NCBI GenBank assembly: GCA_051294905.1
Contig: CM119378.1
Span: 310,001 to 374,000, forward strand
Length of the DNA stretch: 64,000 nucleotides
Source of the DNA: Botryllus schlosseri
Lineage: Eukaryota
Direction of reading: 5' to 3'
Below are positions 10,725 through 32,656 of the stretch, piece after piece. Each line of letters begins with the position of its first letter. The stretch's first letter is position 1. The translations under genes and the position numbers were made by a program. The notes below the pieces were generated by a model. That model did no database searches, was not told the DNA's origin, and was given only the letters and a program-made list of their open reading frames with translations.

Positions 10725-13700
10725 CAGAGTTGGATCAATTACATTATTTCAGTTCAATTACAATTACAATTACTTTCATGCATGTTTCAATTACATTACA
10801 ATTACAATTACTTCATGCTAAAAATATCAAATTACAATTACAATAACAATTACTTCATGCTAAAAATATCAAATTACAATTATAATTACAATTACTCCTT
10901 GCATGCTTCAATTACATTACAATTACAATTGCTGCTGTTGAACATTTAATTGAATAATCATAAATTCAACCGTGCTCCTTGACAACCGTAGCGTCGTATT
11001 TAACAACAATTCAAGTCTAGTTCAGATTGTGTAGTAATAAATGCGTTTATGTGCGTACATACTACATGGTATGCTATGTAAGATGTCATTGTGACGTGAT
11101 ATAAGCGTGTTTTGTATGCTCGGTAATTATGGCTCACGTAATTGGAATGTAAAATGTTATTTACCTAATTTCCTATGGGTTAGGATTAAGGATAGGGTGC
11201 AGTATGTCGTTGAAAAAGTATTATAATATATTCACGTGTGGGATTTGCGTATATAGTATATAATTAAAGAAATAATATAATTTTTATCGAGGGACGTAGG
11301 AATTAGGATGAGGAGTAAAAACAAAACCGTGCTTTGTCAGATAAGACGTTATATAATATCCAGTGGTCTGGTTAGTTAGCCAGACGAAGTAACGACGCAG
11401 CATCGTGATCTGAAATCGTATTGTAGATTGCCAAACCACGGATAGATGCGCAAGATGTGAGTCACGGATGAATGCACCGACAAACGTACTGCAGAGCCGG
11501 CTAAAAGCAGCAAACTTTGTAGTCCTAGAGCTGGCGATCCATGCGTCCAAATTTGATGCATCTGGTCTTTATCGTAAGCTATTGACGTACTAATTCCGAA
11601 AATACAAAATAAAATCTCGTCAGGGCAATGTAACTGCTCCAAAATAGCCGTTTAAGGCCGACTGTTCTGAAAAGTGAGAGCGCGGCAGCAGCATGACCAC
11701 AGCAATTACCAATTACGCCCAGCGATTGTTCAGAACAATGCCGATTCCCAGACTTTCACGCAGTGGCGGCTCGTGACAATATCGGGTGGTGGGGCAAGGG
11801 CTGCAAGCGACTTTTATCAAGATGACGTCACAATGGCGTTTTCCAACGTAAACAAGTAACTTAATGATGGTACGGTAACATGAATTTCCCGGCAACAGTG
11901 ATTTTAACGTATGAGCCACGAGAGGTCTGCTGGTGAGCTGTGGCTTGAAGTGTGGTAACTGCGTAAACGGCGTACGGAACAAAGATTCAACACGGTTCAT
12001 GTTCGCATTAGACCTGACTAATTATCTGCAGAAATGGAAATGACTATAACTCGACAGATAGCGTAAGCCTAATTGGGAAGGTCAACGAATTCGGACAGAT
12101 ACGCAATTGTTATCTCATAGATCGGGCCTGTCCTATTGAATCCAAAACATCATTCTAAAGAACTAAGAATAGCAGCCTCGGAAATTTGGTCTCGGTAGTC
12201 GGTACAGCATAAGAGATTTTGGCCTTGAAACTGGAGACTGTAACACGACACATACGTTTTTATTACTGTCTTATAGGTCTGCTGCGAAATCGCCTTTGAA
12301 AAATATATTACCGAATAAATACGTGGATGAAAGCCTTAAACTTGGTACACTGTTACATGACATTATCGAGAAGTGGCCTCATGGCCCTTTTCGGTATGGT
12401 ACACTGTCAAAATTAATGCGAACAGACCAACACCGAATTTTGCGTAAAATTGACTGAGGAATAGGCAGATCAAGTGATCAGCTGTTAGCCGCCATCGAAA
12501 ACGAAATAACTATCGCGCTTGACAGGGGGTTGTAAGCAAATGGCTTGAAGGCCACAATTTCACGGTGAAATTGACATTGGAGAATATAATATCAAAGTAA
12601 ATATTTGAATGCAAACTGAGAATGATATCATCATCTCAGTTAACGTTACCGCAGATACCTGGCTTTTGCGTGAAATCCGCAATGTGTTGTAGGCTAAAGT
12701 GTCAGATCGGAGCACATCTTTACCACACTCGACCTTGATAACGAAATTACTGCCCTAATCATTGAGTGTCAACCTTGAGACTTGGCACAGCGTTCGATAC
12801 TAAAATCAAGACATACCGTGCAAAAGCTTATGACGGATCTAGGTAAGGAGCATCGTTAAAATCAATGGAGACCAATGCCGGATTTGCGTATAATCTGTTA
12901 GCGATAAATGACTAGTCAGCTCTCACTCGAATTAGGAAGCCAAATTACCACTAACACAGTTCAGTGACAAACTTAAAACTTGGTACAGCGTTCGATACTA
13001 ACATTAAGACTTGCCGTGCCAAATGTCATAACCGATCTCGGTATTGAACATCGTCAAAACCAATGGATACCAATACCGGCTTTTGAGTAAAATCTGTTTG
13101 CAATACATGACGGATCAGCACACACTCAACTTCGGAAACGGAATTACTACCCGAAACTTCAAGTAGAAACCCTGAAACTTGGGGCAGTGTTAAATACCAC
13201 CATCACGACATGACAGAACAAGTTTCAAGAGTTTTCATGGTGTGAAACCCCATTAAAATCGACCTATACCAGCAAAGGTCGACTAAACGCAGATGACGGT
13301 AGCAGAGTTCAGCTATAGATACGATTGTTACATCACACCTTAAGGGCACAGAGCTATCGTGCCCCGGTTGCTCGGTAATTTTATGAATAGGAGAGAGTAA
13401 ATCACCGTTTCTTTATTGTGCGCGGCTTTGAGAGAATAGACAGTGAAAGCTTGTTATGAGCGCTACCGGGGCAAGCCCCGGCTAGGCATTCGCAATGTGA
13501 AAACACAGAAGAGAATTCGATTTTCGCAGAGACTTCGCTATATATGGGCATTTACAAGCGAAAGGACAAGAAGTATACGATTTTCGCTGTGATTTCGGTT
13601 TATATAGATAGGTGTGCGTCTATAAATGGTGAAGAATTGTTATTGAACAGAAGTTTAGGTGGGGCAATGCCCCAGTTGCCCTATAGGACGAGCCGCCACT

Positions 13701-14273
13701 GCTTTCACGACTATTTTGGGATGGTACCATTGCCTGGAAATATACTTTTATTGCGGAATCAGTGCGACACTAGCTTTCGATTAGGACCATACATATCAAA
13801 TTTCGACGCTTGGATCGCCAGCTATGGTACTATAAATTCTGCTGCTATTAGCCGGTTCAGCATTTTGCTTCTCGCCGTATTCAACCGTGAGTCACGTGTT
13901 GCGAATCCATCCGTTGGTTAGTAATCTAAAATTGTATACAATGGCAGCCGAGGCAAGCATAGCGGTAAAAATATAAAAAAAACTTCGCCCGCAAGGGCGC
14001 AGTCAAGGGCTTCGGCGAATGGATCCACCAAATTCCTTGTCGACATTTAAAGAGAACGCATTATAATTCAATTCTTTTATGTTGTGCTTGTCAGGTCTCA
14101 ATAGCAACTTAATGTAATTGAAATTGTAATTGAGCAAATTTTTGTCAAATTACAATTACAATTACAATTACACAAAATAAAAATGCCTCAATTACAATTC
14201 AATTACAATTACATTGAAAAATGTAATTAATTACATTCAATTACAATTACAAATTACAATTGATCCAACTCTG
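10725..14273. mobile_element. 3.5-kb non-autonomous hAT-type element with AATTAC subterminal arrays
   Basis: TIRs cagagttggatcaatt / aattgatccaactctg; perfect TSD ctatagac (10717-10724, 14274-14281); no transposase ORF. Confidence 0.9.
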
Positions 14274-15939
14274 CTATAGACCAGGGGTTCTCAAAGGGTG
14301 GGCCACAAGAGCATTTGAGGTGGGCCAGCACAGAGCTATTTGGAAAATTTTAGAAATAATGTAAGTTTAGTATTTCTCTGTATAAACTCGTACTAATCAT
14401 GCTGATGGCCCGTATTTGAGTAATGAGTATGCAAAACTTGAGTTACATAAATCTTTTGCAAGTTATGTATTTTTAATTGTATTGCACTGAGTGGCATATA
14501 TTATTCGAAGCTTAAGACAATTACTATTTAGATTTCCAAAAGACGTAGACAACAGCAAAAGTATGACTCTACTTTTTACTCGATTTTACAGGTAATGCGT
14601 CTTTTGGTGTTGCATGGCATTCCTGATGTAGTGTGGTTAATAATAATTATTGAGGTTAAGCTTCATACAAAATTTGAGACTTTCTTCAGTTATACGAGAT
14701 GGCAAGTTCGTATTAATGCTTATCCTAAATGCGAGGACCCATGATTCGTAGGTGGAACTAAACATGGTCACTATGCAGCTGTATACAGTACCCACTGTAA
14801 TGTGTGATGTGTCAGTGACTTGGGGTCAGGGGAGGCAGGTGACGCAGTGCCTCACCTCGCTACTAGGCACGATGGCAACTTAAATTTGAGTGTTTTGAAA
14901 AGGAGATCCCAGCCCCTATCCCCGAACACGCCACAGTATTAACCTCTCAAAGACATGTTTATACTTCCACAACAATAATTATACTGGTCGTGCTAAAGAT
15001 TTAATAAGAAGTTGCTGCAATATAGATAAATTAAAACAAAAATAAAAATTTGGCAAAGAGCCATATCTTATGCCCAATAGAGCCATATATGGCTCGCGAG
15101 CCATAGGTTCCCGACCACTGCCTACATCATTCGCATCACACATGGTTTTGTGCCTATGCGACACGCGTATGCTACAATCGGTACAGAAGAATTATCGCGC
15201 CTATTTCGGCATGCCATCGTAGCTGTACTTTTGCGACTTTCAAAAGTATTATCATTCTCAATGTTAATCGTTTCGAAATTCCATCTAATTGTGTGACATA
15301 TCGAAAGAACTCAGAGTCAGTATATCTTGCCTAATTTTAAAAATACAGAATTTAGAATAAACGTTGTTAGTGAGATAAGTGGCGAAGTGCTGGTTGGAAG
15401 TGGTCAGTAACTAAGTGCTCCTACTTTTAGTACATTTTGCCTATTTGCGCTATACTCACGCTCACTATTCTCAGGTAGTTTTTCATTTTATTTTGCCATC
15501 TTCAGATTTATCTGAACAAGATATACACATGATATATAATACGATAAGACCCAATGCCATGTAATGGACAGAAAGGAGGATAGTTATGTTTTATAATACT
15601 GCGACTAATAGTTCCCGTGCAAAACCAGAACCAACGGATACAGATCAGGGGTCTCAAACACGCGGCACGCGTGAGCATTTTTGCATTTTGTAGTATTCGA
15701 CAATATCTCACCTCCAAATCTGTTTTTTAGATTGGAGAACTTAAAATTGGCCCTAACACTATACTCCAAAAATCTGAAAATATTCATCAAATCTCACTAT
15801 CCTACATCATTTTCAAAAATTACCATTGACATTCTGTTGCCCCTTTGATGTATAATTAATAGTTACAGCCTTCGTCATCTTGGGTCTCTATATCCATGTT
15901 ATTATAGCCAATTAAAGGCGGCGAGTATAAGATGGTGGT

Positions 15940-16780
15940 CAGGATTGCACGCAAACCAACGGTGTTTTAAAGCACTTTGTTTAAAACGTGTTTTAAGCAG
16001 TGTTTTAAAAAAGGCCTTTAAAAAAACAATTTTTTTCCAAGCTGTAAAATTATGCCACAGTTGTGTAAATGTGACAGCCCACCCATTAGAGGTGTATGTG
16101 ATGGTACTGTTATTTCTAGGGCCGCCAAGTGTCTAGCAGATCCGACTAGGTGAAATGGACACTTGGTGGACCCACGACAATGCATGCTTCCTTCTTATCT
16201 GCACTTGCTGCCGTGAGGGCGCGGAAATAAAGCAGTCTAAAAAACGATTGTGAATCTCTTCACATCGACTATATTAAGAGGTCTTCCACATAAATACTTT
16301 CCAAAAACATGTTCTATGAGCCTACGGACAATTACCACCAGATATACTCGACGTATTTTTTTCTGGTGACCACGCAGTCATCCCAAGTTTATTTCAGAAA
16401 GAATTGCAAACATACAAAGGCAAAAGTAAAAAGAATATATAATATTTAAAAACAATCTCACTCATACTTTTTCAACATACACGCGCATGAAAGGGAACAT
16501 ACACAATAAATATTCAATTCACTGTCACATTCATACTCCCACTCGTGTATCGTGACATATATCGATATAGAATGGTTGGAACCCTAAAAATAGTCGGTTC
16601 ATCATTAATAGTACGGGGAGGAGCTGTTCTTAACTTATATTTTCAATTGTCAATGTCAATCCACTATGACGTAAAAATTGAATATTCGTGACTTAATGGC
16701 TTTAAAAAACATGTTTTAAATCAGGGCCTTGTTTTAAACATGTTTATTTTAAATTGATTTTTGTTTTAAATGCAACCCTA
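15940..16780. mobile_element. hAT-type MITE
   Basis: Imperfect TIRs caggattgca / tgcaacccta; flanks atggtggt / gtggtggt; gttttaaa subterminal motifs. Confidence 0.6.
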
Positions 16781-18597
16781 GTGGTGGTATACTCGCCATG
16801 CACAACTGTAACACCATAATTACACTGCATGGGCAAAAATTTTGAACGAAAAATTTGTTGAACTTCGAATTGGTACATGACTATGAATATGCAAATTGTG
16901 TGATTTTGGGAGAAAAATGTTTAAAATCTTGTCATTCATGAACGGAACATCGATAGAACATGTCCATAATGGAAAAGTTCACAATTTTCGTTCACTCATC
17001 ATGACGACAGGAAAGGTGCTGCCTCACATGCCTCCCTATTACCATCGTTTAATTTTTTTTTCTATTTTATTTTTTTTAACTACCGTAACATTTTTTACAG
17101 CCAGACTGTTTAGAGTCAAGTGTACCTGTTTGATGCTGGTGTGATCAGACTAGATGACCTTCACGGTCTTATCGATCATTCCTATCTAATACCGAATACT
17201 GTGCACGCATATTTTCTGTACCACCACGACTGCCGTTTGTTATGCATTTTGATTGGATGAAAATAAAGACTCTCTCTCTCTCTCTCTCCCCTGACCCGAC
17301 GTCACTGATGTATCACAGCTTAGAATGGGTATGGATATATACTGCTATAATGACCATGTTTGACTCCATCTATGCATGTGATTAGTGACCATGGGTTCTC
17401 GCATTTACTGGAGCATAACGACGAATCTACATTCCCGTAGCTCAAGTTTCAAGCTCAGGCCTAAACATAGCACACAGCATGATTAGTACGAGTTTTTACG
17501 GAGAAAATGTGGCGCACACGACGAATACCATGTAGTGTCGAGTTCGAATGGGTGCTATGATGACGCAACTGAATTTCAATTCTGACGTAACAGTTGATTG
17601 ACATGCAAAGCTCTTTGGGAGTTGAAATGGAAAAACTATGGCCAATATGCCTCTTTAGATAAAAAAAAAGGTTCCCGACCGCTGGGTTAGAGGATGCAAT
17701 CATCCGAGTAAATTTCACACACATATTTAATGCAAACTGCAGGATATGGCAAGAAGAAAAATCAGGACATTTACCATCAGCTATTATAAGTCCAATGCCC
17801 ATTCAGCTTGTTCAGTGTAACCTGAAACTCCGATACGCTCGATAATTTGGATCAAGATGAAAGCTCTTAGGCATATAGTAGGCCAAATGATGAAGATTTT
17901 GAAACACGAGTTATTGATCTGACATAAGCTTTGGGACTTGGAATAGAACTTTCCGGAACTTTCAACATCCTTATGAAATGAAAAAAGATTACTTGACAAG
18001 GTAGAGAAGGTATCTAATTTTCTATCAGTAGAAACAGTTTTTTCTTCGTAGGCCTACTTCCGGTAGCTTGGTGTATTTCGGTGATACTAGCATTGGCATG
18101 ATACCGTTACCATGGATTACTGGAGGAGTTAGGAATCTCCATTTACCAGTCAAGTGAATGGCAAATGCCTATAATAGGTAGCTGAAAAAGTATCCTATAG
18201 TGTGCCATTCTCCAAGATGGAAAAGTCTTAGGTGCAGTAACAATTCAACATCCAGTTAGTCTTCGTGAATAATACTGAAACATAAGAGTACGCAAAATTC
18301 AGAAACATTGAATTATTGCAATATCACGAGCACGACTGGATGTGTCAGCTTTGAAATATTGTGACAATAAGGTTGCACATGTAACCCTGATACACATGTG
18401 CCAATGCCATATGTTCATGTCGGGTCGGACAGCTGACATTCAAGAAAGCTAAAATATCTAAATAATTTCCCTTAAAAATCTTGACATAGTTAGAGATGGG
18501 CAAGGAGAAAATGTTCTCCAATATCTGAAGATGATGGGGGTAAGATACCAGTGTAGATTGGAGCTTGTTAGCTGAATATTGCTCGAGTATCAAACTA

Positions 18598-18855
18598 GAG
18601 CGAGATAGTGTAATGGTTATGCGTCCGGCTTCTCGAGCGGTAGGTCGTGGGTTCGATCCCCGGCCGGGTCATACCAAAGACTCGAAAAATGGTATCCGCA
18701 GCTATCCTGCTAGGCGCTCAGCAATCACGGATAGCATGGAGGAGAAAAAAAAACGGGGGCGCAGACTAGATGACCTCATGGGGCCGTATCGCAACTCCGT
18801 CGCCAAAGCATCTCGATGGTGCAGGCGAGAAAGAATATCATATCTCTCTCTCTCT
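18598..18855 (+). mobile_element. tRNA-derived SINE with a Meta-domain-like core
   Basis: A box tagtgtaatgg (18606), B box ggttcgatccc (18650), core ccgggtcataccaaagac..aaaaatggta..ggcgctcagca resembling the MetaSINE domain as I recall it, and a (CT)n tail. Confidence 0.7.
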
Positions 18856-21311
18856 AGACCACCTCTACAGAATTATAGGTTATTAGCGTAAATTTGGACC
18901 CATGAAACTCGCACTTTATTTGTCATGTAGAAGCATATCAGTTTAAATCAACCAAATAAAACAGTGCAAATGTTTATTTGAAGTCCAATGATTTACTTCC
19001 GACTGCTTGTGGTTTTTGAAACGTTTATACAATAAACGCACAATATTAAAAATAGTGCTATTGTGTGTGTTATGAGACAATGTGGTAGGTGCCTAACCCA
19101 AAAAATTAACGTGATAGAGAAAAACGGAAGCCATTTTTGAATTCAGCGCCCAAAAGTTACTCAGAATCAATTGTCTGATCAAAGTCAACAAAAATTGTGT
19201 TGACCACTGTTATCAGGGTCGTATAGCACTTCGTCAGCCCCCCAAACGTTGGTATTGGGCCCCTCATAGGGTGATAAACCGGACTTCTGGGGGGCGACGC
19301 CCCCCAGACCACCCTTGCTCTCTGCCGCTACTTGTCATCAATATTGGGTGTCCGTTTAGTGGGCCTCCCTCTCCCGCCTAGGCGCGCCAAGCGCGGAAAA
19401 TTTCAAGGAATTCATGATTGAATCGGGCAGTATCATCGGGTATTGCATATATATTGGGATCATTTTTTTGTCCAGCTCTTCTCACTTTATCAGATTTACC
19501 GGTAGAGCTGAGTGAGGTGTCTTAGAAACTGTAAGGCCCGTAAATAATAATTGAACATTTTCGACGGGCGGACCCGTTGGTATGACTTCGTTACATAATG
19601 TTATTTCGTGACCTCCTGTCTGCTACAACAAAAAATATTAAATCGGGCAAACTTAAGACGCACACGATTTCAAACTGGTTTTTCTTCACTGGCCTCTAGT
19701 TTTTCTTGCGGGATGGAATTCGTCTTCTGAGGTTCAGATTGCCAAGACTGGAACATTCGGAGCCAGTCATTTAGGCGCCTAGCCTATGGACAATTAAAGC
19801 TATATGTATTTTGCATATATAACGAAGTTTTCGGTCAGCGTAAGGGCAGTCCTTTTCGGCCGAGGTTTTTACGCTGCCGATCGTTTTGGCACACTTCTTG
19901 GAGTCGCATGTAATATGTCCTAAATCGTTATATGTCTTGGTGCGTCGTGTCGCGGTATTGGCCAACGCCGATATGTCCATTTCTAAAAATCTTGCGTGTT
20001 CTTTTCTTGGGGGAGGAGTACCAAATAATCACGATATTTGGCACCTAGAAATCGCGCATAGCGCGAAAATTTTTTTAAAAGGTTCAATGAATTTTCAAAA
20101 AATACTCTATAATTTATGCTAATTCGCGAAATAATTTTGGCTCCCCCTTCCAATTGGGGGTTTGGGGTGCGGCAGTTATGGTGCTGACTGTTATGGATGG
20201 CAATAATGTGGGCATGGCAATGGAACCATTCCGAAATAGCCATCAAGACCGATCGTCGTCCCGAACAACCGGAGCTGTTTCAATTGCGAGCTGTGAGAGG
20301 AGCTTCTCAAAGCTCTAACTAATAAACTCTTATTGACGTGTTCTACCATGAATGCATGGTCGGCTATCTGCTCTATCCATACTTTCTATACCAAGGGAGA
20401 AGGGACTACGTTCAAGAACTTGATTTTGGGGTCTCTGATTACGCTTCAGCGAAAGCCCGAAATGTTCAGTTTTGAGGCGGCTATTGATTTTTTCCATTCG
20501 CCTAATACAGGGGGGGGGGGGCAACCTTTTCGGCCAAAGACCATTGCGCCAATATTAATTTCCCTTGTATATATTGCGGGTAGTGGGGGAGGGGCATTTT
20601 CCTCGAAAGCCGTGGGCGGCAGCTACGCCACTGATCATCATTCGTTATATTCAGTTTGTTATTGATCTGTTCCAATAATCGAAGGTAAATATAACGTTGA
20701 TCAATCAGACTAAAAGCCTATAGGTATCAGGAGTAGGCTATGCCTGAAGCTCGGTTTCTAGGCTGTGCTGCTCCGATATCTGATCAATCTGTGATGAATT
20801 TTAAATTGTAGCACGTCAAATGTCCGCCAGCTTCAAAATTATAACGCGACAGCTTTTATGAAGTCATCATGCATTTGTACGCTCGCATGCTGTCTGTCTA
20901 CAACTGATTATTTTGACTAACTCTGCCAAGTAGCCTACAACAACAATTTTATTCAGATATTCAAAAATTGGATTTTTTTCGTGCCAGCCGCGATTTCACA
21001 AATCACAATAGTATATCACATTTTCACGATGTGCAAGGATTGAGGAAAGCCATCAGTCTGCACGCTCCCGTCAAATAAGGTCTACATTGAATAACCCTCT
21101 TATTGGTGCTGTGGCCCGCGGCGCCAACGAAAACCACGAAATTGGGCCGCGACCACATTTGAGACCCCAGCTGGGATAGATATTAGAGATGTACGGATCC
21201 GATTCAATAAAATGGAGTGTGGAGTCCTGATCCAATTCGGATCCTGTTTCCGTCTCAAATATTGAAATCCGAATCCAAGAATATCATGCACAACTTGTGC
21301 AGCACAAGGTC

Positions 21312-21701
21312 CAGAGATGAGCGAATTTGGAATTTATATGTCCTAATTCAATCCAAATCCATCACTTTTTCATATTCAAGTCCATGTCCAATCCTAATCC
21401 CATTCTAACTGGAAATTCAGAAAAAATGCTAATTTATGCAAGGAAGGAATTAGAAAATTTTCTTTCACAACCAACGATTCCCCTGATTCAAGATAACTTA
21501 GCAACCATAAGTACAGTAATAACGGCCCTGTCGATATGAATAAAGTTTGTTGCCATTCGCCACGCGGCAAATCGATCTCCAAGAAAAATAGTTAAATCCA
21601 ATCCAAATCCGTTCAGAAAAAATCTTTAATCCTAATCCAATCCAAATCCGACAAAATTTCACAAATCCTGTTTTTTCAAATCTTAATCCACGCTCATCTC
21701 T
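21312..21701. mobile_element. MITE with aatcc arrays, nested in a related element; further copies at about 32820-33049 and 34180-34449
   Basis: TIRs cagagatgagcg / cgctcatctcta; the shared body sequence recurs in reverse orientation at the other two loci. Confidence 0.7.
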
Positions 21702-22606
21702 AAACAGGCACAGCATAAATTTGACCCCGAGGTCAATATTTTTCTAATTACCCTTCGGCAATGAATGAAGTATTTTTTCGAAATGGTGATGCAATGCTGG
21801 AGTCAGCCGATTCCAAGTTCATACAAAATATTGAAGTAAACATTTAAACAACCAGAAAGTCAGATTCGTGCACTGCAAAATGAGGATGCCGTCCTGATCC
21901 GGCAGTCGGGGTAACGTGAATTTGGATCCGATCCTGTTTTACAAAAACTTGCCGGATTCCGGCTAGATCCAAAATCCTGTACATCTCCATTCAGAGTGTC
22001 CTATATGGTATGGACACAAGCAATTCTCAAGGCTCAGTGAAATTGGTCTACATCTAATTTTTGACCAATTTCAACAAGCGCTTTCTCGGAACAACGCCGA
22101 TTTTCAGACGTTCGGGGCTGAAAATTCGTGTGTTCGGAATCAGTGCGACACTAGCTTTCGATCAAGACCTGTTAATATCGGGTACAATGGTCGTCAATAA
22201 TCGCGCAACTCTGTCGATCAATGCAGTCTTGAGATGACCCGAGTCACATTTTCAGAATGACTCCACCTACCCCCACCTCGACATCTGAGCATGTAACGAC
22301 ACAAATTTTGAGGTACTACCACGCAACGGCCCTATTAGTTACCAATACTAATCGTTTGAATAAGTTCCGATTTCGGAACCGTTAATTCCGTCATGTAGCA
22401 TTTCCCTCGACAACATCTTTCACTTTTAAATGTATATACTGCCACGCTATTATCAATGGAGTGGAATCCGCGTATAAAAATCGTACGAAATGAACTGAGA
22501 ATATTTGAGCACTTGGAATGGAATTGGACCGACTCAAGTCGAAATTTGCGGCAGCTCGAAAGTAGCGACTTGATCCCGACACTGTATCGAAATACAGAAC
22601 TACATG

Positions 22607-22707
22607 TTAAATAGTATATTCATATTGAAATGAACCCGAGACGATTACCCCTGACGAGTGTCAGCCGAAAATATTCGGGTTCATTTCAATATGAATATAC
22701 TATTTAA
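22607..22707. repeat. Perfect 33-bp inverted repeat enclosing the hammerhead core
   Basis: Arms 22607-22639 (ttaaatagtatattcatattgaaatgaacccga) and 22675-22707 are exact reverse complements. Confidence 0.95.
22647..22680 (+). ncRNA. Minimal type I hammerhead ribozyme
   Basis: accc-CTGACGA-gtgtcagcc-GAAA-atat-TC-gggt: intact core, stem I accc/gggt, palindromic AATATT stem III, predicted cut after C22676. Confidence 0.8.
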
Positions 22708-23524
22708 TTGTACATTGAAGTTCTGTACCTCCAAGAAGCTCTTCAGAACTACATGTCATAACCAGTTTTGTTTCTGCTACACAAATGAAATTTTCTGCAT
22801 CACTACGAATAAATGAGGGCCCGGCCAATATCAGATTTTCGAGCGGATACCGATAAATAGCACCTTCTCCGATATCAAAATATACAGCATCAGGATCAAC
22901 TTGCATTTCCGATATTTCAGAGCATTTATCTGAACAACATTACAGTCATTGCAAGTCTTGGACGTGAAATAATCTAGAAAGACTGCATCTGGAATCAAAT
23001 AGTTATGATTTTCGACCAGTTCAGATTTTTCGTCAGATACAATTTGCACTTTCTTACTTACTTGAAAACCCCTACATCCAATTTCACTTGAGTGCCAGAG
23101 ATCACTACTTCGACAACATCTGGCTGTAAGCTAAGAGAAACGGATCAGTACACCCTGGCAGTCGCAGACCACCAGTTTTCCGACCCCGTACCTACTATGA
23201 TTCTGTGACGTCACGAAAATGACTGATGTTTTTTCACCACTCACGGACAATTTCGATGTTTCCTTTACGTTGAATACAGTAGATATATCGACGAATCGAT
23301 CGGACTCTACTCAGAGTAAAAAAAAATTGAAAACACCGCGTTATAAAGACGTCACAATGAAAGTTACTACGAGAATATATATGAACAGAGCAGGAAAAGC
23401 GATCACTCGCAAAATAGATTTCTATTGCAGATAAAATAAACGGGCGCCAACAGAACGCCAAGGACGGATAAGCGCAACTACAGTGAAATCGAACCCATTG
23501 GCAGCAGCAGGTCGGTTTGCGGCC

Positions 23525-31795
<8,271 letters not shown>

Positions 31796-32133
31796 CACGA
31801 CAGGCTTCTTCCTTCTTTTCAATTCAAGATTCTCTGTTGTCGCAGATCTACACAAGTCAATAATCGCCTGGAAAACAGAAAACGCAACACTAAAACGGCA
31901 CTTGGGCTTGGCGACGACTCCTATCTGCATTTGAAGCGGCAAATCCTATTTCACAATCGCACGTTCGACTGACAGCTAACTGACAAGTTTCTAAGTGCTC
32001 ACGGCATGCTGTCATTGGTAGGAACATAGACTAAGTTGAAAAATCCCGACTGTTTGCCGCGCAACTTCCCCGAGGAGCTGAATTACGCGAACCAGATTCT
32101 GTTTGTTTGCGGTGACGTCGCACTCATATGACG

Positions 32134-32143
32134 GTCACGTGAC
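32134..32143. promoter_or_regulatory. GTCACGTGAC palindrome (CLEAR-type E-box) upstream of the TMEM184 gene
   Basis: Exact 10-bp consensus about 340 bp upstream of the ATG, in a CpG-rich patch that also has a CRE-like tgacgtc (32113). Confidence 0.55.
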
Positions 32144-32258
32144 CCGCAGCAGCAGCCAGGCTGGATTTCGTCAGGCTGTCGTCTCGCGAAGTCTTCAATT
32201 TTCAATTGACCAGGTTGCTACAAAACGGCTATAGTTTGATGACACGGATGGTTACGAC

Positions 32259-32656
32259 TAGAGGTCGACCGATTATCGGCGCCGATATTTGGAACTTTCT
32301 CGAATATCGGTATCGGTCAATCTAGGCCGATATCGCGACCGATATTTTATATCTAACTACAATCTACCTTTCCTGAACTGATCTGCAAATCTGTATCATG
32401 TTTTGATTTTCGGGTTATCCCAAATTTCAACGAATGTTCACGATAAAGCAATAAGTCTTTTCGATTTCAGCTTTCTCGTTTGTTGTTCACCTTTCTGTGG
32501 CATGAACAAGTGCCACCTTGCCTAATAAATGATATTTTTGGCGAAATAGTTCTCTGCTCCTTCCATATTAATATCGGCCTATGATATCGGTTATCGGCCT
32601 TGTGAGCGTCGAAATATCGGTATCGGCCTGTAAAAATCAATATCGGTCGACCTCTA
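32259..32656. mobile_element. hAT-type MITE with atcgg arrays
   Basis: TIRs tagaggtcgaccgat / atcggtcgacctcta; perfect TSD gttacgac. Confidence 0.9.

Noticed and set aside
10740..10930. AATTAC, GCTCCG, GACTC and TAGTTC arrays as CRISPR-like repeats
   Set aside because: No unique spacers; these are subterminal MITE arrays or minisatellites in eukaryotic DNA.
11177..11198. gggttaggattaaggatagggt as an interstitial telomere
   Set aside because: Short, degenerate and inside a transposon-derived segment.
16118..16178. Hairpin followed by ACA as an H/ACA RNA or miRNA
   Set aside because: Single hairpin inside a MITE, with no H box or second hairpin evident.
18598..18670. tRNA gene (also at 28209 and 33376)
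   Set aside because: A and B boxes are present, but there is no proper cloverleaf and the heads run into SINE bodies.
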